The position numbers and the translations under genes were made by a program. From contig JBGQIE010000002.1 of assembly GCA_041498315.1 (NCBI GenBank), positions 1 through 59,171 on the forward strand: a stretch of 59,171 bases of DNA, written 5' to 3'. Under the pieces are notes generated by a model. It was not told where the DNA came from. It did no database searches and saw only the letters and a program-made list of their open reading frames with translations. The stretch is from Candidatus Eiseniibacteriota bacterium. GTDB taxonomy: Bacteria > Eisenbacteria > RBG-16-71-46. This document shows positions 37,618 through 45,135 of the stretch, in pieces. Positions within the stretch are counted from its first letter, which is position 1; the number at the start of each line of letters is the position of its first letter.

Positions 37618-38489
37618 ATGCGCCGATCGGTACGGTTCTGGTTTCCATCCTGCTGTTCATCACGCTGATCGCCCTGCTGCGCTCCTCCCGCGTCGTGGCG
37701 CAGTTCGAGAAGGGCCTCATCATGCGGCTCGGCCGCTACCGCGCGACCGCGGACTCCGGGCTCACCTTTCTGATGCCGCTGATCGAGGACATGATCAAGG
37801 TGGACATGCGGGAACGGGTCATCAACGTCGAGCCCCAGAAGGTCATCACCAAGGACAACGTTTCGGTCACCGTGGACGCGGTGATCTATTACCGCATCAG
37901 CGACCCGGTCAAGGCCACCTTCGAGGTCCAGAACTTCGGCTACGCGGCGACCACCCTGGCCCAGACCAACCTGCGCAACCTGATCGGCGACAAGTCGCTC
38001 GATGAAACGCTCACGGCACGCGACATCATCAACCAGAACCTGCGCAACGTGCTGGACGAGGCCACCAACACCTGGGGCGTCAAGGTGACGCGGGTCGAGG
38101 TCCAGAAGATCGACCCGCCCGCCGACATCACCGAGGCCATGTCCCGCCAGATGAAGGCCGAGCGCGACAAACGCGCCGCGATCCTCGAGGCGGAGGGCTT
38201 CAAGCAGTCCCAAATCCTGCAGGCCGAGGGCGTGAAGCAATCGGAGATCCTGAAGGCCGAGGGGGACGCCCAGGCCCGGATCACGCGCGCGACGGCCGAG
38301 GCCCGAGCCATCGAGATGGTCTCGAACGCCGCCGAGTCGTTCTTCAAGGAGCGCGCCGAGGTGAGCAAGCGGCTCGACGTGCTCAACAACGTCCTGGCCC
38401 AGCAGACCAAGTTCATCGTGCCGGCGGGCTCGGACCTCGTGAACGTGCTGGGGCTCGACGACAAGGGCGTCGTCCCCTTGAAGAAGTAG
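37614..38489 (+). CDS. SPFH/band-7 (stomatin-like) protein
   Basis: ...VVAQFEKGLIMRLGRY...TKDNVSVTVDAVIYYRISDP...LRNLIGDKSLDETL...WGVKVTRVEVQKIDPP...AMSRQMKAERDKRA. This is the classical NfeD-SPFH operon. Confidence 0.93.
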   Translation: MNAPIGTVLVSILLFITLIALLRSSRVVAQFEKGLIMRLGRYRATADSGLTFLMPLIEDMIKVDMRERVINVEPQKVITKDNVSVTVDAVIYYRISDPVKATFEVQNFGYAATTLAQTNLRNLIGDKSLDETLTARDIINQNLRNVLDEATNTWGVKVTRVEVQKIDPPADITEAMSRQMKAERDKRAAILEAEGFKQSQILQAEGVKQSEILKAEGDAQARITRATAEARAIEMVSNAAESFFKERAEVSKRLDVLNNVLAQQTKFIVPAGSDLVNVLGLDDKGVVPLKK

Positions 38490-38534
38490 GTCCGGACCGC
38501 CGGCGACGGCTGCCCGCGCCCGCGCGGGGCCGGC

Positions 38535-39944
38535 TCAGCGCACGTACACCGCCGGGCGCGCCGGAGCGACCGGAGCGGCCGGAAAGACCGCGGCACCCCG
38601 CGGCGCCAACGCGTGCGTGCCCAGGACGGTCGCCATCATCGCGGCGGCGAGCTGCGCGCGGTCGAGGTCCATGTCGTCGAACAGCTCGCCCTCGCGCTTG
38701 TTGCTCAGGTTGAGCACCCCCCACATCCGGTTGCTGTAGACCAGCGGGACGCAGATGAACGAGTCCGAGTTGTAGTCCTCGCGGCCGCTGCGGCCCGCGC
38801 CCGCCGCATCCTGCTTGACCCGCACGAACAGCGGTTTGCGGTTGTGGGCGACCCACCCCGACACGCCCTGTCCGATGCGCACCCGGATGTGCTTCCCGAG
38901 CTCCGGATCCATGCCGCGCTGGGCGGCGATGACCAGCGTCTCGCCCGCCGGGTCGAGCTGCATGAGGCTGCAGCGCTCGACGCCGAAGTGCTGGGCGAAC
39001 CAGGTGACCAGCGTGGTCGTGAACTCGGCCGGCTGGTGGTCCTGGGCCAGCACCTGGGTGACCTCCTTCATGAAGCCGACCGTGCGCTGGTACTCGGCGG
39101 CCCGCGCCTGGGTCACGGTGAGCTGCGAGTAGGCGTCCGTGAGCTGCTCGGTGGCCGCGGCCGACTGCTCCTCGAGGGCGGTGAGCGTGCCCTTGACGCG
39201 CTCGAGCTCGGTCTTGTACTGGCTCGAGTTCTGGTCGAGCAGCTCGATCTCCCGCGTCAGGGCCTCGAGCCGGCGGGCCTTGGCCTTGTTGTCCTCCTCG
39301 AGCTCGCTGGTCTGGGTATTGAGCCGGTGGATGCGGTCGTTGAAGTCGGCCGCCGCGGCGCGCGGCACGGCCGGATCGAGCTCCGCCTCGCGGCCGCGGG
39401 TCATGCGATAGAGGTGCTGGGAGAGCGCGAGCGCCGCCATGCTCTTGACCGGGATGACGTCGCCCACCACCTTGCTCCCGAACGCCGCCTTCTTCTCGCT
39501 CGCCAGCACCAGCAGGGCCAGCATATCCTCCTGGTCCGCCAGGGGCAGGCAGACGCACGACTGCCAATTGGGCAGGGGGGTCAGGGATCGAAGGGCGGCC
39601 GCCTCCGCGAGATCCGGCTCGTAGTAGGGCGCGCCGGTAAATAGCTGGGAAATGAGGGAGCGGCGGTCCGAATGATTGAAAAATGCACTGGGATGGAAGA
39701 ACTTTCGCACGAGTCGGGCCGGCAGCTGGCTGACCGGGATGGTGACGTCGCGGCGCACCAGGCGGCTGCCCATGCGCTCGTAGGTGTTGACCAGCGCATC
39801 ATGGCTGACCTCGTAGAACGCCAGCGTCGCGCGCCAGTCGGGTCGCACGGCCTGCAGGTAGCCGAGGAATTCGAACACGACGGCTTCCGTGTCGCGTGAC
39901 CGGGCGAGGCGATCGGAGATGTCGCGCAGATCGAACTTCGACAT
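38535..39944 (-). CDS. GAF - coiled coil - GAF protein
   Basis: Start MSKFDLRDISD at 39944 with GGAGG 6 nt upstream. The central segment (~110 aa) has heptad-like periodicity (NTQTSELEEDNKAKARRLEALTREIELLDQNSSQYKTELERVKGTLTALEE). The C-terminal GAF reads ...RIGQGVSGWVAHNRKPLFV...FICVPLVYSNRMWGVLNLSNK. Confidence 0.75.
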   Translation of the reverse strand: MSKFDLRDISDRLARSRDTEAVVFEFLGYLQAVRPDWRATLAFYEVSHDALVNTYERMGSRLVRRDVTIPVSQLPARLVRKFFHPSAFFNHSDRRSLISQLFTGAPYYEPDLAEAAALRSLTPLPNWQSCVCLPLADQEDMLALLVLASEKKAAFGSKVVGDVIPVKSMAALALSQHLYRMTRGREAELDPAVPRAAAADFNDRIHRLNTQTSELEEDNKAKARRLEALTREIELLDQNSSQYKTELERVKGTLTALEEQSAAATEQLTDAYSQLTVTQARAAEYQRTVGFMKEVTQVLAQDHQPAEFTTTLVTWFAQHFGVERCSLMQLDPAGETLVIAAQRGMDPELGKHIRVRIGQGVSGWVAHNRKPLFVRVKQDAAGAGRSGREDYNSDSFICVPLVYSNRMWGVLNLSNKREGELFDDMDLDRAQLAAAMMATVLGTHALAPRGAAVFPAAPVAPARPAVYVR

Positions 39945-40088
39945 GGTGAGCCTCCCTTGGGGGGACGGACGGACGATGCCCCCTAAGGCGCAAACCGCAT
40001 GCCGCCGGAGGCCCCTGGAGCGGCCCCGGGCCGGCCTCGTTTCCCGTGTTCTTTTGCCCACCACCCTCATTTTGCGAGGCCCATTGCG

Positions 40089-41303
40089 ATGCGCCGACTG
40101 ACCGCCGACCGACCGATTCTGAGCATGACCTCCGAGCTGGGCCAGGTGATGGCCGCGGCGCGCGCCCGCGAGCAGGCGGGCGAGCGCGTGATCCACCTCG
40201 AGCGCGGGGAGCCCGATTTCGACACGCCCGCGCACATCACCGAGGCGCTCGCGGCCGCGGCGCGCGCGGGGGAGACGCACTATCCCGATCCGCGCGGCGT
40301 GCCCGCCCTGCGCCAGGCCCTGGTCGAGAAGCTCGCGCGCGAGAACGGGATCCGCTGCGAGCCCGACGACGTGGTCGTGACCGCGGGCGGCACGCACGCC
40401 CTGTTCATCGCGTTCCAGGCCCTGCTTTCGCCCGGCGACGAGCTGCTCGTGCTCTCGCCCCACTGGATGGCGATTCCCAAGCTGGTCGCCCTGGCGCACG
40501 GGGCGCGCTACCGCACGGTTCCCGCCTACCTCGACCTCCACGAGAACCGGCTCAGCCCCGCGGCCTTCGCCGATCGCCTGCGCGGGGCACTGCGGCCCGA
40601 GACGCGCGGGTTCTACGTCAACACGCCCAACAACCCGACCGGGGCGGTGCTCACCCGCGAGCAGCTCGAGGCGATCGCCGCGGTGGCGCGCGAGCGCGAC
40701 CTGTGGGTGGTGAGCGACGAGGCCTACGAGCACCTGCTGTTCGACGGTGCCCGGCACGTGAGCATCGCCTCGCTCCCGGGGATGTCGGAGCGCACGGTGA
40801 GCGTCTACACGTTCTCGAAGACCTACGCGATGACCGGCTGGCGCGTGGGCTACCTGGCCGCCCCGCCCGAGCTGCGTGCCAGCGCCGGCCCGCTGCTCTC
40901 CTTCTACACCACGCACGGGGTGTTTCCCGCGGTCCAGAGCGCGGCGCGCGCGGCGGTCCTGGGACCGCAGCACGAGGCCGAGGCGATGCGCCGCGAGTAC
41001 CAGCAGCGCCGCGATCTGCTGATCGCCGGGCTCGCGGGCCAGTCCTCGATCCGGGTGCCGAGCCCGCGCGGCGCCTTCTACGCCTTCGCCGACGTCGGCG
41101 GCGCGCTCGCCGGGCGCGACATCTGGGACCTGGTGCGCGAGTGGCTGTCGTTCGGCGTCGCGGTCCTGCCGGGCACCGCCTTCGGGCCGGAGTACGGGAG
41201 CTGGGTGCGGATGTCGCTCGCCACGCGGCGCGAGGACGTGATCGAGGGCGCGCGCCGGCTGCGCGACCACGTCGCCGCGACCGGCACCGCGGCGCGCGCC
41301 TGA
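40089..41303 (+). CDS. Class I/II pyridoxal-phosphate aminotransferase (aspartate aminotransferase-like)
   Basis: GEPDFDTP, NTPNNPTG, and SKTYAMTGWRVGY (PLP lysine). ATG at 40089. Confidence 0.9.
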   Translation: MRRLTADRPILSMTSELGQVMAAARAREQAGERVIHLERGEPDFDTPAHITEALAAAARAGETHYPDPRGVPALRQALVEKLARENGIRCEPDDVVVTAGGTHALFIAFQALLSPGDELLVLSPHWMAIPKLVALAHGARYRTVPAYLDLHENRLSPAAFADRLRGALRPETRGFYVNTPNNPTGAVLTREQLEAIAAVARERDLWVVSDEAYEHLLFDGARHVSIASLPGMSERTVSVYTFSKTYAMTGWRVGYLAAPPELRASAGPLLSFYTTHGVFPAVQSAARAAVLGPQHEAEAMRREYQQRRDLLIAGLAGQSSIRVPSPRGAFYAFADVGGALAGRDIWDLVREWLSFGVAVLPGTAFGPEYGSWVRMSLATRREDVIEGARRLRDHVAATGTAARA

Positions 41304-41320
41304 GCGCGCGGAGTCGGACC

Positions 41321-41698
41321 ATGCGCTATTGCCCGGAGTGCGGCGCGGAGTACGGGGAGCAGGTCGCGGCCTGCCCGCGCTGCCGGGTCGTGCTCGAGAG
41401 CGAGCCGCCGGCCGAGGATCGCGAGCCCGAGGTCGTGCACCGGGTGCCCGACGCGGCGGCGGGCGCGCTGCTGTGCGGCGTTCTCGAGCACCACGGCATC
41501 CAGTCGATCCTCAAGAGCGCCACGCTGCCGGGCTACGGGTCGGTGCGCCGCGACTGGACCACGACGGCCTGGGGGGAGATCCTGGTCGCCCACGAGGACG
41601 CGGCCGAGGCGCGCGCGCTCATCGCCGACTATCTGGCGGCGCTCGAGCGGGGCGGCGAGGTGCGCGACGAGGACGTCGAGGACGCGGGGCCGTTCTAG
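41321..41698 (+). CDS. Zinc-ribbon plus DUF2007-like (putative signal-transducing) small protein
   Basis: MRYCPECGAEYGEQVAACPRCRV followed by ...LLCGVLEHHGIQSILK...ILVAHEDAAEARALIADY. It is in frame inside track ORF 40046..41698. Confidence 0.6.
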   Translation: MRYCPECGAEYGEQVAACPRCRVVLESEPPAEDREPEVVHRVPDAAAGALLCGVLEHHGIQSILKSATLPGYGSVRRDWTTTAWGEILVAHEDAAEARALIADYLAALERGGEVRDEDVEDAGPF

Positions 41699-41748
41699 AG
41701 CCCGCCGGCCTCGGCGCCCGCGGACGCTCAGCGCTCCATCTCGATCGA

Positions 41749-43545
41749 TCAGCGCTTGCGGCCGCGCGCGGCGCGCTCCGGTTCCCCGTGGTGGCCGGGC
41801 TCGCTGTCGCTCTCGGAGTCGTCGTCCTCGACCTCGATGACGAAGTTGCCCGAAATGCGCTGCGGCACGATCACGCGGTGGAGCGCGACCGCGAACACGT
41901 CGTCCATGGTCTCGACCGGAATCAGCTCGAGCTGCTCGCGCACGTCCTTGGGCACGTCGTCGAGATCCTTCTCGTTCGCGGCCGGGTAGAGCATGGTGCG
42001 GAAGCCGGCCCGGTAGGCGGCCAGCGCCTTTTCGCGCAGCCCGCCCACCTGGAGCACGCGCCCGCGCAGGCTGACCTCGCCCGACATGGCGACGTCGTGA
42101 CGGATCGGGCGGTCGCTCAGCACCGAGGCGATGACCAGGCCGACCGTGATGCCCGCCGAGGGGCCGTCCTTGGGGACGCCGGCCGCGGGGAAGTGGATGT
42201 GGATGTCGTAGTTCGCGAACGACTCGGCGTCGATCTCGAGCAGGTCGGCGCGCGACCGCACGTAGGAGTGCGCCGCCTGGACGCTCTCCTTCATGACCTC
42301 GCCGAGCTGGCCCGTGGTCATGACGCGCCCGGAGCCCGGCATCTTGAGCGCCTCGACGATCAGGATCTCGCCGCCCGCGGCAGTCCACGCCAGCCCGGCC
42401 GCGACCCCGACCTCGTCGCTCTTGCCCACCATCTCCGGCGTGTAGAGCCGGTGGCCGAGGTAGGACTCGAGCCGGGTCACGGTCACCGTGTGCTTGCGCG
42501 CATCGCCGGTCGCGCGCGCCCGCGCCACCTTGCGGCAGATCATCGCGAGCTGGCGCCCCAGCCCGCGCACGCCGGCCTCGAGCGTGTAGTGGCGCACCAG
42601 GCCGCGCATCGCCTCGTCCGAGATGCTCAGGTCGCGCGCGGACAGGCCATGGTCGTGGAGCTGGCGCGGCAGCAGGAAGCGGCGCGCGATCTCGACCTTT
42701 TCGTCCTCGGCGTAGCCCGGCACCTCGATGAGCTCGAGACGCTCCTGAAGACTGTCGGGCACCATGTCGAGGTTGTTCGCGCAGAACAGCATGACCGCGT
42801 GCGACAGATCGACCGACAGGCCGAGGTAGTGATCGGTGAAGTGCGCGCTGCTTTCGGGATCGAGCAGCTCGAGCAGCACCTCGATGACGCCCAGGCCACC
42901 CTCGCCCACCAGGCGGTCCACGCCGTCGATCATGAGCACCGGGTTGTTGACGCCCGCCTCGTGGAGCGCGCGCACGATCTTGCCCGGGCCGGCGCCGGGC
43001 TGGAGGCGTGACACGCCGCGCAGCTCGCTGGCATCGCTGGTGCCGGAGACGGTGGTGCGCACGAACGGCCGATGGAGCGCGCGGGCCACGGCGGCGCCCA
43101 GCGATGACTTGCCGGTGCCGGGCGAGCCGACCAGGCAGAGCGCCGGCCCCGGCAGGTCGGGCTTGAGGCGCCGCACCGCCAGGTACTCGATCACCCGCTC
43201 CTTGGCCTTGACCAGTCCCAGGTGCTCGCGCTCGAGCTCGGCCTCGACCTGCTTCAAGTCCGCGTCCTCGGACGCGCCCTGGTCCCACGGCAGCGACCAC
43301 AGCCACTGGAGGTAGGCGCGCACCTGTCCCGCCTCGGCCGAGCCGGGCGGAAGCCGGCGCAGCCGGTCCATGTCGCGCTGGGCCTGGCGCGCCACCTCGG
43401 GCGGCAGGCTTCCCACCGCCATCGCGCGGGATGGGGTGGTGGGATCGGTGCGGGAATGCTCGATGGCTGCGGTCGCCGACTCGGCGCGCATTCCGCCACG
43501 GGGCTTTCTCGTCGGGTTGATCTGGGATCGAACCGGTCTGGGCAT
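41749..43545 (-). CDS. Lon-like ATP-dependent protease lacking the N-terminal substrate-binding domain
   Basis: AAA+ Walker A LVGSPGTGKSS and Walker B VLMIDGVD. S16 protease domain with PKDGPSAGITVGLVIASVL and the catalytic K in GGLREKALAAYRAG. GGAG is 6 nt upstream of the ATG at 43545. Only ~110 aa precede the ATPase. Confidence 0.88.
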   Translation of the reverse strand: MPRPVRSQINPTRKPRGGMRAESATAAIEHSRTDPTTPSRAMAVGSLPPEVARQAQRDMDRLRRLPPGSAEAGQVRAYLQWLWSLPWDQGASEDADLKQVEAELEREHLGLVKAKERVIEYLAVRRLKPDLPGPALCLVGSPGTGKSSLGAAVARALHRPFVRTTVSGTSDASELRGVSRLQPGAGPGKIVRALHEAGVNNPVLMIDGVDRLVGEGGLGVIEVLLELLDPESSAHFTDHYLGLSVDLSHAVMLFCANNLDMVPDSLQERLELIEVPGYAEDEKVEIARRFLLPRQLHDHGLSARDLSISDEAMRGLVRHYTLEAGVRGLGRQLAMICRKVARARATGDARKHTVTVTRLESYLGHRLYTPEMVGKSDEVGVAAGLAWTAAGGEILIVEALKMPGSGRVMTTGQLGEVMKESVQAAHSYVRSRADLLEIDAESFANYDIHIHFPAAGVPKDGPSAGITVGLVIASVLSDRPIRHDVAMSGEVSLRGRVLQVGGLREKALAAYRAGFRTMLYPAANEKDLDDVPKDVREQLELIPVETMDDVFAVALHRVIVPQRISGNFVIEVEDDDSESDSEPGHHGEPERAARGRKR

Positions 43546-44351
43546 TAGGGACTCCGAACGCTGAGCGGCAGCTTTGAGGAGCTGGTCGTTACGGAGGGGG
43601 CCCCGGGCAAGCTAGCCCGGCTTGTGTTCAATCGTTCCGATATGCAAATCGCTCGCCGGGAGCACCGGATTGACATCTCGATCCCGGGTGCCGCTCCAAG
43701 CCAATATGTGGCATCGAGTTGCTGTACCGGCCCACGCCAGTCCAGAGGTTCACCGAACCCGCGCGCGCAGGTGGTTGCGCGCTTGGATCTTAACCACTGG
43801 GTTGTTTGAGCAGCCGGCTTTGCATGTGGTGGGGCAAATCGCCATGCAGTTGCAAAACGCAAAACAAAGTTTAAGTGCCATGCTCAAAGCGCTTTCCACC
43901 CGTGAGGTCGGCGGCGGCGGCATGTTTCGACGCCGGCCGGCGTTGCATCCTCGACCCTGCCCGGGACGTCCTGCCGGCAAGACGCCAATTGGATCCTGCG
44001 CCGGCGGCCGATCGAGTCGCGGACCGAGCTGATCGAGCCGCGGCGCCCCACGAGGAGGGCTGCACCCCGGCACTCGCCAACGACAACCCGCGAAACGGCA
44101 TCCGTGCATTGGGGCGTTTTGCCCAGGGAAACATGATTATTGGCGGGTCAACCGTCGCGAAATACTCCGCCCGGCCTTGTGGTCACCGCGCGGGCTGGGC
44201 TAGACTCATTAACGGGTTTGAACATCCACCCTGATTCGCGGGCCCCCTCTAGCGAAGCCTTTCCCGCGACCCCCGGGTGGCAGGAGGGCACTTCGTGGTG
44301 CGGCCCTCTACGGATGTACACCTCGCACCTCAACCTCGAGGGAGGAGAACC

Positions 44352-45059
44352 ATGAAGAAGATTGCGACCATTCTCATCGCGGTGGCTGGTCTCGTGTTCG
44401 TGACCAGCTCGGCGATGGCCGCAGGTCAGGCGCTTCGCATCAGCCAGGTTTATGGCGGCGGCGGCAATACCGGCGCCCAGTACAACCAGGATTTCATCGA
44501 GATCATCAATGCCAGCGGCGTTCCCGTGGACATCAGCGGCTGGGCCGTCGAGTACGCCTCGGCCGCGGGCAGCTGGGGGACGTCGTTCCTCTCGGGCGGC
44601 GTGACGTTCAATAACTATGCGGTGTTCCCTGCGGGCACCACGATTCAGCCGTGCAGCTACATCCTGATCGGCGGGGCGACCTCATCGACCTCGGGCGTCA
44701 ACCTGCCCACGCCCGACTTCACGCTTCCCACCAACCTGAGCGCCGCGAATGGAAACGTCGGCCTGTTCACGCAGGTGAACTCGGCCACGGCGTGCGGCTC
44801 CGAGATCGGCCTCGTCGACAAGGTTGCCTACGGCACCGGTGCCTGCAAAGAGGGGGCGTTGGCGGCCGGCGGTCTCTCGAATACGACGGCGGCCGTCCGC
44901 AACAACTGCGGCCTGACGGACACGGATCAGAATGGGTCCGACTTCACGACCAGCGGTCCGCCGGTCCCGCACAACGCAGCGTCCGGACAAAGCACGTGCT
45001 GCCTGGCCACGCGGACCTCATCGACCACGTGGGGCAAGATCAAGAGCATCTACAGGTAG
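44352..45059 (+). CDS. Secreted lamin-tail-domain (LTD) protein with a C-terminal TWGKIKSIYR tail
   Basis: GGAGGAG upstream of the ATG. Signal peptide MKKIATILIAVAGLVFVTSSAMAA. LTD signature RISQVYGGGGNTGAQYNQDFIEIINASGVPVDISGWAVEY...GNVGLF. Confidence 0.8.
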   Translation: MKKIATILIAVAGLVFVTSSAMAAGQALRISQVYGGGGNTGAQYNQDFIEIINASGVPVDISGWAVEYASAAGSWGTSFLSGGVTFNNYAVFPAGTTIQPCSYILIGGATSSTSGVNLPTPDFTLPTNLSAANGNVGLFTQVNSATACGSEIGLVDKVAYGTGACKEGALAAGGLSNTTAAVRNNCGLTDTDQNGSDFTTSGPPVPHNAASGQSTCCLATRTSSTTWGKIKSIYR

Positions 45060-45078
45060 TCCAGAACCAGCATCGCGT

Positions 45079-45112
45079 CATGAGGCCCCGCCCATCCGGG
45101 TGGGGCCTCATG
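45079..45112. terminator. Hairpin between convergent genes (possible bidirectional terminator)
   Basis: CATGAGGCCCC-(12 nt)-GGGGCCTCATG, an 11-bp perfect stem. Confidence 0.6.
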
Positions 45113-45135
45113 CGTTGGCGGCCGCGCGCCATCCT

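Noticed and set aside
43524-43536. A GGTTCGATCCC T-loop-like sequence on the minus strand.
   Set aside because: The flanks cannot form a T-stem or acceptor stem, and it lies inside the Lon-like coding sequence.
43709-43722. TGGCATcgagTTGC, a sigma-54-like element upstream of the LTD gene.
   Set aside because: The GG-to-GC spacing is 9 nt rather than the required 10. It is also >600 nt from the ATG.
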